DNA of 42,831 nt, from NCBI GenBank assembly GCA_967749945.1, contig CBQZLL010000001.1, forward strand, positions 1 to 42,831, given 5' to 3'. This DNA is from an uncultured Frankiaceae bacterium. Lineage in GTDB: Bacteria > Actinomycetota > Actinomycetes > BP-191. Shown here one piece after another: positions 20,236 through 29,406 of the stretch (its first letter is position 1; each line of letters opens with the position of its first letter). The notes beneath the pieces are model-generated. The model had not been told where the DNA came from and searched no databases. It saw only the letters and a program-made list of their open reading frames with translations. Position numbers and translations under genes: made by a program.

Positions 20236-21333
20236 CTACGTGACGGTCGGGCGGGTGACCCCGAAGAAGTCCCCGAGGTAGACGGGTTGCACCTGCACGT
20301 TTGCCCCGGTGTGGGGGGCGGCGACCATCATGCCGCCGCCGACGTACAGCGCGACGTGGTGGATGGACTGCGGGTCGTCGGGGTTGGTACCCCAGAAGAG
20401 GAGGTCGCCCGGGGCCAGCTCGCCGAGCCCCGGGTGGCTGCCCGCGAACCACTGCTCGCGCGAGGTCCGTGGCAGGCCCAGCCCGGCCTTCCGGTACGCC
20501 CACCCGGTCAGCCCCGAGCAGTCGAACGTGTCCGGGCCGACCGCGCCCCACTGGTAGGGCTTGCCGACCTGGCTGCGCGCGGCGTCGATGGCACGGGCGG
20601 CGACGGCGCTCGGCGCGGCGGTCGGGTCGTCCTTCAGCGCGTCGAGCGGCACGCCGAGCGACGCCATCCGTGCGGCGAACGCGCGCTGTGCCGCGGCCTC
20701 GGCCGCGATCCGGTCCGCCTCGGCGATCCGGCGTACGTCGGCGGTCGCGGCGCCGAGGAGGGTGCGCTGCGTGTTGAGCGAGGTCTCGATGCGCCGGGTG
20801 GCCTGCGCGACGGTGTGTTCGAGCTTGGTCTGCCGCAACGCGACCTCGCGCAGCCGCGCGGCGGCGGCGCGCGCGGTCGACGCGGCCTGGTCGGCGGTGG
20901 CGACGGTGATGCCCTCGTGGCGGAGGACGGAGTTGACGTTGGCGATCCGGCCGAACGCGTCGTGCAGGTCGGTCGCGCCCATGACCGAGGCGTAGAGCGT
21001 CATCGTGCCGCCGGTCATGTACAGCGCGCGGATCCGCTGCGCGTGCGCCTCCTCGCCGGCTCGGGCCTGTGCCTCGGCCCGGTCGACCGCGGCCTGCGCG
21101 GTGAGCCGCGCGGACACGGCCTTGCCGAGGGCGTCGTACGCGGCGTTGTAGTCCTCGATGGCGCGCGCGGCTTGCAGCTCCAGCGCGTCGACGGCCTTGC
21201 GGAGGGCAGCGGCCTTGGCGCGGGCGGTGTTCAGCCCTGGCGACGCGTGCGCGGGGGCGGCGGGACCGAGGACGCTGACGAGCGCGACCACGCCGGCGGC
21301 GAGCGTTCCGCCGAGGCGGGCGCGCAGGGTCAT
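20236..21333 (-). CDS. Secreted coiled-coil + NlpC/P60 peptidoglycan hydrolase (RipA-like architecture)
   Basis: The track ORF 20236..21549 is over-extended. ATG at 21333 gives the signal peptide MTLRARLGGTLAAGVVALVSVLGPAAPAHA. A long Ala/Arg/Glu-rich helical region follows, then a C-terminal NlpC/P60 domain (GKPYQWGAVGPDTFDCSGLTGWAY...IHHVALYVGGG). 365 aa. Confidence 0.85.
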   Translation of the reverse strand: MTLRARLGGTLAAGVVALVSVLGPAAPAHASPGLNTARAKAAALRKAVDALELQAARAIEDYNAAYDALGKAVSARLTAQAAVDRAEAQARAGEEAHAQRIRALYMTGGTMTLYASVMGATDLHDAFGRIANVNSVLRHEGITVATADQAASTARAAAARLREVALRQTKLEHTVAQATRRIETSLNTQRTLLGAATADVRRIAEADRIAAEAAAQRAFAARMASLGVPLDALKDDPTAAPSAVAARAIDAARSQVGKPYQWGAVGPDTFDCSGLTGWAYRKAGLGLPRTSREQWFAGSHPGLGELAPGDLLFWGTNPDDPQSIHHVALYVGGGMMVAAPHTGANVQVQPVYLGDFFGVTRPTVT

Positions 21334-21719
21334 ATCGCCTTCCCTGACCCCGTCACGACGACGTGCGCCCAGGTCTTGGTCTTCGCGGTCCGGTAGAGCA
21401 GCACCGTCGTCGCGTCCTTCTCCATCCGGACGTGGACGGTGCCGTCGTGGTCGATGCTGAAGCCTTTCGGGTCGAGCACGGCGTCGTGCTCCTCGGCGTA
21501 CGCCTCCGCGGCCTGGAACGCGAGCCTCGAGTTGTGGTCCTGCAGCCACGACTCGGCACCGGCCTGGGCCGCCTCGGAGGCGGTGTCCTGGGCGTTCATC
21601 CTCGTGACGCCGACGGAGACTGCGTCGAACGAGACGATCGCGAACACGGCGATGACTGCGGCGATCTTGGTGAAGTAGCCGACGATCACGCCGCCGCGGT
21701 CGTTGCCGATGGACGTCAC
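21330..21719 (-). CDS. Hypothetical membrane-anchored protein
   Basis: 129-aa ORF with one N-terminal TM (FTKIAAVIAVFAIVSFDAV) and a soluble domain. Its stop overlaps the ATG of the RipA-like gene (ATGA). No family recognised. Confidence 0.55.
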   Translation of the reverse strand: MTSIGNDRGGVIVGYFTKIAAVIAVFAIVSFDAVSVGVTRMNAQDTASEAAQAGAESWLQDHNSRLAFQAAEAYAEEHDAVLDPKGFSIDHDGTVHVRMEKDATTVLLYRTAKTKTWAHVVVTGSGKAI

Positions 21720-21764
21720 CTCGGGAGAATCGGACGCATCGGCCCCCGTCTTGAGCCGGAAGGG

Positions 21765-23372
21765 CTAATCAGTACGGCCCGGGCGGCGCAACACCAGGCT
21801 CACGACCGACTCGACCTCCGGGACCCGCATCCGGCGCGCGGTCGCCAGGTAGAGGGCGCCCCCCACCGCCGCTGCGAGCGGCACCGTGACGAGCGCCCCG
21901 CCGACCGCGCCGCCGAGGACAGCGCGCACGAGGAGCGCGACGACGTACGCCGCGGCCGCCGCGACCGCGCCCGCGACGAGCGTGCGTACCACGGTCCGGA
22001 CCACCCGGCGCCCGTCCAGGCCGCCGAGGCGCTCGCGGAGCAGGCGGGCGAGCACGAGGGCGCCGACGACGTACGACAGTGCGTACCCCGCGGCGAGCCC
22101 GACGACGAGGGCGTTGCCGTGCAGCCGGGTGGCGAGCACCAGGTCGGCACCGACGTTGACGACGTTGACGACGACGTTGACGAGCGCGGGCGTCCGCGAG
22201 TCCTCGAGCCAGTAGAAGACCCGGGCCAGGAGCTGGAACGCGCTGAACGGCAGCAGCCCGCAGGCGAACGCGACGAGCACCCGCCCCGTCACCTCGGCGT
22301 CGTGCACGGTGAACGCCCCGTGCGCGAACGCCGCCACTGCGACCGGGCGGGCGAGCACGACGAGACCGAGCGCGGCTGGGACGAGGATCACCGCGATGAG
22401 CCGCAGCCCGCGGGACAGGTCGTCGCGCACGCGGCCGAGGTCGCCGGCCACGGCGTGCCCGCTGATCGCCGGCGCGAGAGCGGTGATGACGGAGACCGCG
22501 ACGATCGCGTGCGGCAGCGAGAAGAGCTGGAACGCGTACGTGTACGCGGAGTAGCCGCCCTGCCGCGCGCCCGTCGCGAGCCGGACGATGACGAGGTACC
22601 CGGCCTGGTTGGCGACGACGTACGTCAGGACCCAGCCGCCGAGCCGGGCCAGCGAGAGGAACCGCGCGCGGTCGAGCCGGCGCACGGTGAACCGGAAGCC
22701 GGCCTTGCGGAGGAACGGCACCAGCGCCACCGTCTGCGCGACGATGCCGAGCGTCGTACCGACGCCGAGGACGAGGAACTGCGCGCGGGTCAGCCCGTCC
22801 GGCGTCGGCGGCCGCGGCCCGGGCATCAGGACGAACAGGCCGAGCGCCGCGACGACGACGACGTTGTTGAGGACCGGCACCGCCATCGGCGCGCCGAACC
22901 GGCCGCGCGCGTTGAGGATCGCGCCCATCGTCGCGCCCGCGCCGTAGAACAGCACCTGCGGGAGGAACAGCCGCAGCAGTGCGGTCGCGAGGTCGACCTG
23001 CGACGGCGAGAGGCGGCCGCCGTACGCCTTGACGACGAGCGGCGCGAACAGCTCGCCGACCAGCACGGTCGCCGCGAGCGCCACGACGACGAACGTCAGC
23101 AGCGCCTGGGCGAACCGGTCTCCGCCGTCGTCGTCCGCGCGTGCGGCCTGGACGAGCGGGCGGACGACGACGCTGGTGAGGACGCCGCCGAGGAGCAGCT
23201 CGTAGACGACGGTGGGGAGCGTGTTGGCGACGTTGTACGGGTCCGCGACGCGGGTCAGGCCGAGCGCTCCGGTGACGGCCGCGAGCCGGAGGAACCCGGT
23301 GCCGCGCGAGGCAATGGTGCCCAGCGCCATCACCCCGCTCGATCGCTGGAGCGAGGGCGCCTCGTCCGTCAT
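21765..23372 (-). CDS. murJ: Lipid II flippase MurJ (MviN), transporter domain only
   Basis: 535-aa polytopic ORF. The N-terminus MALGTIASRGTGFLRLAAVTGALG...YNVANTLPTVVYELLLGGVL is typical of MurJ. Its ATG overlaps the stop of the upstream gene (ATGA). Confidence 0.9.
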   Translation of the reverse strand: MTDEAPSLQRSSGVMALGTIASRGTGFLRLAAVTGALGLTRVADPYNVANTLPTVVYELLLGGVLTSVVVRPLVQAARADDDGGDRFAQALLTFVVVALAATVLVGELFAPLVVKAYGGRLSPSQVDLATALLRLFLPQVLFYGAGATMGAILNARGRFGAPMAVPVLNNVVVVAALGLFVLMPGPRPPTPDGLTRAQFLVLGVGTTLGIVAQTVALVPFLRKAGFRFTVRRLDRARFLSLARLGGWVLTYVVANQAGYLVIVRLATGARQGGYSAYTYAFQLFSLPHAIVAVSVITALAPAISGHAVAGDLGRVRDDLSRGLRLIAVILVPAALGLVVLARPVAVAAFAHGAFTVHDAEVTGRVLVAFACGLLPFSAFQLLARVFYWLEDSRTPALVNVVVNVVNVGADLVLATRLHGNALVVGLAAGYALSYVVGALVLARLLRERLGGLDGRRVVRTVVRTLVAGAVAAAAAYVVALLVRAVLGGAVGGALVTVPLAAAVGGALYLATARRMRVPEVESVVSLVLRRPGRTD

Positions 23373-25423
23373 ACCTGCGCGGGCTCGGGGGCAGGAGCCG
23401 GGGTCGGCGGCGGGCCGCCACGGCGGCGGCGCAGCAGCCGGGTCGCCGACGCGACCAGCAGCAAGCCGAACGCCACGCCGGTCACGACGAGCGCGACGGC
23501 GCCGTACGCCGTGGACCGCACCGACAGCGTGGTCCCGATGCCGAGTGGTGTGCCGTCGCTCGACAGCACGTCGACCTTGATGCGGAACAGGCCGCCGGTC
23601 GTCGCCTTGCCCCTGATGACGAGCGTCGACCCGCCCGGCGGGATGGCGATCTCCTCGCCGGTGCGCGCTTCATACGTGTGCGCGCCTTCGAGCCGCAGCC
23701 GCTTGCGCGAGTCGACGCGGACCCGGACGCGAACCGTCTGGCCGAGGTCGTTCTCGAACGTCAGCGGGATCCGGCCGCTGCGGCCGGTCATCACGACGGT
23801 CCCGCCCGTCACGACGCGGAGCCGGTCGAGCTGCCGCTGGATGCCGGCGTCGACGGTGTTGACGAGCTGTTGGCCACCGCTCGCGTCGTCGCCCCACTGC
23901 GCGGACACCGCGCGGAGCAACGCGTCGTCGAGGTCGGCGAGCTCGACCGGCGCGTGCTTGGGGTCGGTCAGGATGCCGCGGACGCGTTGCAGGCGACGGC
24001 GTTCGTCGAGGACCCGGCGGACCTGGTCGGCCTGGAGCATCCCGCCCGCGGGTGGCGTCCGCGTCCGCGCGGCGGTGCTCAGCGGGTCGGCGAGCACCGT
24101 GCTGAGACCGACAGGGACGAGCCACGGTGCACTCGCCGTCTGCGTCAGCAGTTGCGCGGCGAACTCGCGGACCGGCTCCCACGTCCGCGGCGGAGCGACG
24201 ACGACATCGCGGGTGTCGCCGGGACGTTCCAGTGCGACCATCGCGGTGTCGGCCAGGAAGCGTTGCGCCGCAAGGCGCGGGCCGTCGGTGCCGGTCGGCT
24301 CGGCGACGAACCGGTTGAGCTGCTCGTCGGCGACGAGCGCGGTGCTCGAGCCGAGTGGATCCTCGGTGAGCGGCGTCGGTGCGGTCGGTGTGTAGTACAG
24401 CTCCTCGGTCAGCCGCAACGCCGACTCGGGGACGAGCACGCCCTTGACGCCCTGCCCGGTCAGCAACGACTCGACCGCCGGATCGACGGTCTTGTTCGGC
24501 GTCCACGCGATCCGGGTGTCGCCCTCGGTGCCGAGGTCGCGGCGGAGCAGCTCCCGCCCGGCCTGGAACGCCCGCCCCGTGTCGACGGCAAGCGCGCCGG
24601 TCGCGGTCGTCGCGAGGTCCGGGTCGGCGTACGGGAGGGGGAGCACGTTCGCGTCGTGCAACGCGGCCCGGGCGCGGTCCAGCCACTCCTTCGCGGCGAC
24701 GGCGTCGGTCCCGCGTTCGCCGCGGACGGTGTACGGCCCGGTCATCCGGTGCAGCGAGTCGAGCAGCTCGGGGTCGACCGCCCACGTCACCGGCGCCGGG
24801 CTCCCGGCGCCGACGCGGAGCAACGTGTCGAGCCGCCCGCCGTCGACCGCGGCGGTCAGGCCGTCGTCGAAGAAGTCGTCGCCGAGGCTGCGGTGCGACG
24901 GCTCGACGAGCGGCCACACCCACGCGACGCGCAGTTTCGGCTGCGCGCGCGGCCACCACATGACGTACGTGTCCGCCGCCCCCACGACGCGGAACCGCGA
25001 CCGCACCTCGATCCGCATCGGATGGATCGCGTCGGTAGTGCTCCGGCGGAACGGCAGGTCGCCGAGCGGCACGTCGAAGTTGACCTCCGCCGTCCCGCCC
25101 GGCGCGAGCTCCACCTCGGGGACGTCGCGGTCGGCGACGCGGGTGCCGATCCGTGCGGGCGCGCCACCCGCTGCGATCGACGAACGTCCGCGCAGCGGCT
25201 GGCCGAAGCGCAGGCCGACGCGGAGCTGGCGGACGGGCTCGGTGCTCGTGTTCACCACGCGGGCGCGGATGACGAGGTTGCGCGTGACGTCGGGGACGAG
25301 CGCCGTCGACATCGCGCGGACGTCGACGCGGACGGCCGTCTCGTCGGGCTCCGGTTGCGCCGACGCCGGGCCGCCCGTTACCGCGCACAGGGCCAGTGCG
25401 GCGAGAGCCCGGACGAGTCTCAC
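23369..25423 (-). CDS. Large secreted protein with a C-terminal membrane anchor (Rv3909/DUF6049-like by position and architecture)
   Basis: 684-aa ORF with a signal peptide ([22 protein letters not shown]) and a C-terminal TM ([18 protein letters not shown]) followed by RRRR. It lies between the NUDIX gene and murJ, as in mycobacteria. The family assignment is from memory of the synteny and was not searched. Confidence 0.65.
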   Translation of the reverse strand: MRLVRALAALALCAVTGGPASAQPEPDETAVRVDVRAMSTALVPDVTRNLVIRARVVNTSTEPVRQLRVGLRFGQPLRGRSSIAAGGAPARIGTRVADRDVPEVELAPGGTAEVNFDVPLGDLPFRRSTTDAIHPMRIEVRSRFRVVGAADTYVMWWPRAQPKLRVAWVWPLVEPSHRSLGDDFFDDGLTAAVDGGRLDTLLRVGAGSPAPVTWAVDPELLDSLHRMTGPYTVRGERGTDAVAAKEWLDRARAALHDANVLPLPYADPDLATTATGALAVDTGRAFQAGRELLRRDLGTEGDTRIAWTPNKTVDPAVESLLTGQGVKGVLVPESALRLTEELYYTPTAPTPLTEDPLGSSTALVADEQLNRFVAEPTGTDGPRLAAQRFLADTAMVALERPGDTRDVVVAPPRTWEPVREFAAQLLTQTASAPWLVPVGLSTVLADPLSTAARTRTPPAGGMLQADQVRRVLDERRRLQRVRGILTDPKHAPVELADLDDALLRAVSAQWGDDASGGQQLVNTVDAGIQRQLDRLRVVTGGTVVMTGRSGRIPLTFENDLGQTVRVRVRVDSRKRLRLEGAHTYEARTGEEIAIPPGGSTLVIRGKATTGGLFRIKVDVLSSDGTPLGIGTTLSVRSTAYGAVALVVTGVAFGLLLVASATRLLRRRRGGPPPTPAPAPEPAQV

Positions 25424-25890
25424 GCGGGTTCCGCGAGGAGCGCCGGCACCTTCTCCACGAGCGCGCGCTCGTCGGCGTACGCGAGCCGGTCGACCGCCTC
25501 GCCCAACGGCACCCAGGCAACCTCGGCGACCTCGATGTCCGCGTCCGACAACTCACCCGCGACCCGGACGAGCAGGTAGTGGTGCACGGTCTTGTGCACG
25601 CGTTGCCCGTCCGCGACGAACCAGAAGTCGATCGACCCGAGCGACGCGAGCACCTCGCCGGTGATCCCGGTCTCCTCGGCGACCTCGCGGACCGCCGCGG
25701 CCTCCGGCGACTCGCCTTCTTCGAGGTGGCCCTTCGGCAACGACCAGAGCAGCCGCCCGCGCCGGTCGATCCGGCCGATGAGCGCGGCGTTCGCGCCAGG
25801 CTCGGCGACGTCGAGGACGATGCCGCCCGCCGAGGTCTCCTCGACGCGCCGCAGCCGCTGACGTCGCGGTGCGGACGGGGGACTGGGCAC
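25420..25890 (-). CDS. NUDIX hydrolase (MutT4-like by position)
   Basis: The track ORF 25420..26052 is probably over-extended; GTG at 25890 was chosen. The Nudix box is [23 protein letters not shown]. The stop overlaps the GTG of the downstream gene (GTGA). Confidence 0.8.
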   Translation of the reverse strand: MPSPPSAPRRQRLRRVEETSAGGIVLDVAEPGANAALIGRIDRRGRLLWSLPKGHLEEGESPEAAAVREVAEETGITGEVLASLGSIDFWFVADGQRVHKTVHHYLLVRVAGELSDADIEVAEVAWVPLGEAVDRLAYADERALVEKVPALLAEPA

Positions 25891-25981
25891 GCGCCCGATC
25901 CTATGCGTGGTGCCGGGCGGGGGTGAGACCCCTGGTGGGGCTTGGCGAAACGCTCGTCGCGGCGTGCTTCGCCGCCCACAT

Positions 25982-26040
25982 CTCGTGATCTTGGCGATGT
26001 TCTGCACGCATATGGTGCACAACCTCGCCAAGATCACGAG
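25982..26040. repeat. 59-nt near-perfect palindrome (long hairpin or operator candidate)
   Basis: ctcgtgatcttggcga at 25982-25997 is the exact reverse complement of tcgccaagatcacgag at 26025-26040 (16 bp). Pairing continues inward for 8 more bp with 2 mismatches, to a 7-nt loop gcatatg (26008-26014). Flanking copies of the core, gggcttggcg at 25938-25947 and cgccaagccc at 26047-26056, are also inverted. Confidence 0.85.
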
Positions 26041-26062
26041 GTTCTGCGCCAAGCCCTACTAG

Positions 26063-26635
26063 CTAGCGGAGGGTCGCGGGCGTCCCCATCGAGGTCTCCC
26101 GCCAGACGGTGTCGGCGCTTCGCTGGAGAACCTCGATGACCGGTCCCGGCTCGACGAGGATCGCGAGCGCGGCGCCCGTCAGCGCGAGCAGGTCGGCCGA
26201 CCGGATCTTCAGCGCCGTACTGCCGTCGCCCGTCGCCGTGTACACGACTTCCTGGTCGCGGAGCACGCTGTCGGCCACCGCCCGCACGTCGCGGGGCAGC
26301 CCTACGGGGGTCACCAGCGAAGGGTGACAGTCCGTGACGGCGCTGACCCGGGCCGGGGCGGTGGGCCGGATCGCCCGGGCGCCGGCGGCCTGCGCGAGCG
26401 CGGTCGTCGCGACCGCGCCGTGCGCGGGGACGAACGCCGCGACCAGGCCGACGTCGCTGTCGAACAGCCGGACGGCCAGGCACGAGGTGGCGGCGACGCC
26501 GAGCACGTCGGGCAACTCGGTGGCGTTGTCGATCCGCCGCCGAAGGTGCACGAACTCGTGCATGACCTCGGCTTCCAGCAGTTCCCGGCTCAGATCGAGG
26601 GGCCCGCGCATCAAAGCTCCCGTCGGTCGATCCAC
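26063..26635 (-). CDS. YbaK/ProX-like aminoacyl-tRNA editing-domain protein (tentative)
   Basis: 190-aa ORF. The pattern LAVRLFDSDVGLVAAFVPAHGAVATTALAQAAGARAIRPTAPARVSAVTDCHPSLVTPVGLP..VVYTATGDGSTALKIRSADLLAL resembles YbaK-family topology (hairpin, then xxVxPxG, then a trailing strand). The start may instead be the internal ATG at 26611. Confidence 0.45.
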   Translation of the reverse strand: MDRPTGALMRGPLDLSRELLEAEVMHEFVHLRRRIDNATELPDVLGVAATSCLAVRLFDSDVGLVAAFVPAHGAVATTALAQAAGARAIRPTAPARVSAVTDCHPSLVTPVGLPRDVRAVADSVLRDQEVVYTATGDGSTALKIRSADLLALTGAALAILVEPGPVIEVLQRSADTVWRETSMGTPATLR

Positions 26636-26747
26636 GCCACACTAGGCGTTCGAACGGCTCGGCGGAAGCCCGCCGGGCGACCCCCGGAGGTACCCGTGCT
26701 CCCGCGCCGGGAAACCGGGTTCCCGGGACGCCGTACGCTGACTCCCC

Positions 26748-28157
26748 GTGTCCCGCCTCACCGACGCTCAGCGGCACGCCGTCGCCGAGCTGCTCAGGAT
26801 CGCGCCCGTTGCCGACGACCTCGGCCGCCGGTTCGCCGCGGCCGGGCACACCCTGTATCTCGTCGGCGGGTCGGTGCGCGACGCGCTGCTCGGCCGCCTC
26901 GGCGACGACCTGGACTTCGCGACCGACGCCCGCCCCGAACACGTGCTGCACCTCGTCGAGGACTGGGGCTCGACGTGGGAGACGGGGCGTGCCTTTGGCA
27001 CGATCGGCGTCGCGCGGGGCTCGGTGCGGTGCGAGATCACGACGTTCCGTGCCGAGTCGTACGACCCCGCCTCCCGCAAGCCCGAAGTCGTGTACGGCGA
27101 CACGATCGACGCTGACCTCGGCCGCCGCGACTTCACCGTCAACGCGATGGCGGTCGCGTTGCCTGGCCACGAGTTCGTCGATCCGTACGGCGGCTTGCGC
27201 GACCTCGCGCACGGCGCGCTACGGACACCGGGGACCCCCGAGGCGTCGTTCGGCGACGACCCGCTGCGGATGCTGCGAGCCGCGCGGTTCGCCGCGCAGA
27301 TCGGCTTCACGCCCGCGCCGGAGGTCGTCGCGGCGATGGCCGGCATGGCCGAACGCCTCGCGATCGTCTCCGCCGAACGCATCCAGGTCGAGCTGTCGAA
27401 GCTGCTGCTCGCGCCCGAGCCGGTCCGCGGCCTGACCCTCCTCGTCGACACCGGCCTGGGCGACATCGTGCTGCCCGAGCTGCCCGCGATGCGCCTCGCC
27501 ATCGACGCGGTGCACCGGCACAAGGACGTGTACCTGCACTCGCTCGCGGTGCTGGAGAACGCGATCGCCCGCGAGCCCACCGGGCCCGACCTCACGTTGC
27601 GGATGGCGGCGTTGCTGCACGACATCGGCAAGCCGCTGACCCGCGAGATCGGACCCGACGGGGTGTCGTTCCACCACCACGAGGTGGTCGGCGCGAAGCT
27701 CGCCCGCAAGCGGCTGCGCGCGTTGAAGTACCCGAAGCAGTTCGTCGACGACGTGTGCCGGCTCATCGAGCTGCACCTGCGGTTCCACACCTACCGGATG
27801 GGCTGGACCGACTCGGCGGTTCGCCGCTACGTCAGCGACGCGGGCACGTTGCTGCCCCGGCTGAACGCGCTCGTCCGGTCCGACTGCACGACCCGCAACC
27901 GGGCCAAGGCGGAACGTCTCGCGGCGTCGTACGACACGTTGGAGGAGCGGATCACCGAGCTGGCCAAGGCCGAGGAGCTCGCCGCGATCCGGCCCGACCT
28001 CGACGGCCGGGAGATCATGGAGGTCCTCGGGATCCCGCCGGGACCGCTCGTCGGCGAGGCGTACCGGTACCTGCTCGAGGAACGGATGGAGCGCGGTCCC
28101 GTCCCGCACGACGAGGCGGTCGCCTTGCTGAAAGCGTGGGCCCTTAGTCATTTGTGA
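26748..28157 (+). CDS. cca: CCA tRNA nucleotidyltransferase (PcnA-type, with HD domain)
   Basis: 469-aa ORF with YLVGGSVRDALLGR..DDLDFAT (nucleotidyltransferase motif), RRDFTVNAMA, and the HD region LLHDIGKP. Confidence 0.92.
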   Translation: MSRLTDAQRHAVAELLRIAPVADDLGRRFAAAGHTLYLVGGSVRDALLGRLGDDLDFATDARPEHVLHLVEDWGSTWETGRAFGTIGVARGSVRCEITTFRAESYDPASRKPEVVYGDTIDADLGRRDFTVNAMAVALPGHEFVDPYGGLRDLAHGALRTPGTPEASFGDDPLRMLRAARFAAQIGFTPAPEVVAAMAGMAERLAIVSAERIQVELSKLLLAPEPVRGLTLLVDTGLGDIVLPELPAMRLAIDAVHRHKDVYLHSLAVLENAIAREPTGPDLTLRMAALLHDIGKPLTREIGPDGVSFHHHEVVGAKLARKRLRALKYPKQFVDDVCRLIELHLRFHTYRMGWTDSAVRRYVSDAGTLLPRLNALVRSDCTTRNRAKAERLAASYDTLEERITELAKAEELAAIRPDLDGREIMEVLGIPPGPLVGEAYRYLLEERMERGPVPHDEAVALLKAWALSHL

Positions 28158-28182
28158 CTAGGGACAATGGTCCGCGCGGCGC

Positions 28183-29406
28183 ATGGGCGGGCGGTGCGCG
28201 CGCCCCGATGATGACGATGTGCGTCGAAAGATCCATGGCACGGGCGTCGCCCTAGGGCCTGTCTCCCGGACCCGTCACCTGCTGCGCGGGGCCCGCTCGC
28301 GCCGGCGCCGATCCGGGAGACACGCCCTGGTGGCGTGCGCCTGTATCGCGATCTCGGTGACCGGGTGCCGGTTCACCGCGGTCAAGGACGAGCCGGTGAC
28401 GCTGTCCGACGTCACCCATGCGTACGTCCTGTCCGGCGGCAGCGAGCACGTCGCCGTCGACGGCGCGCACCTCCGCAAGCGCGACCGGGTCCGGACGACG
28501 ACGGGTGGTACCGCGACGCTGGTCGTCCGCGGCCGCCGCGTCGTCCTCGGCCCGAACAGCGAGGTCAAGGTGCCCGACGGCGCGAACGTGACGTTGGACA
28601 AGGGCTCGGTGCTCGTCGACCGCCGCCGCGGTCCGAGCGTCACCGTCAACGTCGCCGACACGATCGTCGACGACGTCGGCGAGGGCGCGGTGCGGATCGA
28701 ACGCCGGCTTTCCGTCCTCGTTGCCGCGCTCTCCACCGACGCGCGGGTCAGGACCGCCACCGGACCGAAGCTGCGCCTCCCGACGCTCTACCAGGTCAGC
28801 GTCGCGGGCCGCTCGCTCCCGGAACGCGGGCTGCCACTGCACCTGCGCGACGACGACTGGGAGCGTTCGGTCATCGCCGACGTCGTCGCCGACGACGTAC
28901 ACCTCAACGACCTGGCCGACGGGCTCGACAGCCCGGGCGCGCTCGCCGTGCCCGCGTCGTTCGAACCCCCGCCGGACGCCCCGCCGAGCGATCTCCTGCT
29001 GCCCGAAGCCATTGGCCGCGCCGCCGGCTCCGACGAACCGACGCGTGGCAGGCTCGTCGTGCAGGCCCGGCGGCTCCGGGCTGACGGCGGCTCGTGGGGC
29101 GTCGTCGCGCGGCTCGTGCGGACGACCGCGGTGGACGTGGGCTCGGCGCTCGCCGACGTGCTCCGGCTCGGCCCGACGCCGGAACCGTCGCAGAGCCCGA
29201 CCAGCACCGGTGGTCCTGGCCCGAGCCCGACGACGACGAGCGGACCGTCGGGCGGTCCGTCGCCGACGACCAGCAAGACGCCCGGCCCGAAGCCGACCGA
29301 CGAGCCCACGGACGAGCCCACGGACACGGCAACCCCCGGCCCGGTCGACGTGATCCAGAGCATCATCTCGACGCCGCCGGTCTCGATCGGCCCGATCCGG
29401 TTGTGA
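28183..29406 (+). CDS. Putative lipoprotein with a FecR-like beta domain and Pro/Thr-rich C-terminal linker
   Basis: 407-aa ORF with a basic stretch followed by ALVACACIAISVTGC (lipobox-like). The central region has FecR-like alternating beta strands (GTATLVVRGRRVVLGPNSEVKVPDG). The tail contains PTDEPTDEPTD. Start uncertain (ATG 28183 or GTG 28219). Confidence 0.55.
   Translation: MGGRCARPDDDDVRRKIHGTGVALGPVSRTRHLLRGARSRRRRSGRHALVACACIAISVTGCRFTAVKDEPVTLSDVTHAYVLSGGSEHVAVDGAHLRKRDRVRTTTGGTATLVVRGRRVVLGPNSEVKVPDGANVTLDKGSVLVDRRRGPSVTVNVADTIVDDVGEGAVRIERRLSVLVAALSTDARVRTATGPKLRLPTLYQVSVAGRSLPERGLPLHLRDDDWERSVIADVVADDVHLNDLADGLDSPGALAVPASFEPPPDAPPSDLLLPEAIGRAAGSDEPTRGRLVVQARRLRADGGSWGVVARLVRTTAVDVGSALADVLRLGPTPEPSQSPTSTGGPGPSPTTTSGPSGGPSPTTSKTPGPKPTDEPTDEPTDTATPGPVDVIQSIISTPPVSIGPIRL

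Noticed and set aside
21363-24395. 1010-aa plus-strand ORF spanning murJ and the Rv3909-like gene
   Set aside because: It is antisense to two well-supported genes. The translation is dominated by Arg/Asp/Glu/Gly/Pro runs with no domain signatures, the typical stop-free shadow frame of high-GC DNA.
23670-25979. 769-aa minus-strand ORF overlapping the Rv3909-like and NUDIX genes in another frame
   Set aside because: It is an out-of-frame shadow of real genes on the same strand, with extreme Arg/Pro/Ala composition and no motifs.
28140-28165. Small inverted repeat ttagtca-n4-tgactag around the cca stop codon
   Set aside because: It is only 6-7 bp, imperfect and AT-rich, with no supporting context. 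It is too weak to call a terminator or operator.
29296-29330. Short tandem repeat acggacgagccc x2 (PTDEPTDEPTD) in the lipoprotein tail
   Set aside because: It has only about two and a half copies inside a Pro/Thr-rich linker. This is ordinary low-complexity coding sequence, not a structured repeat locus.
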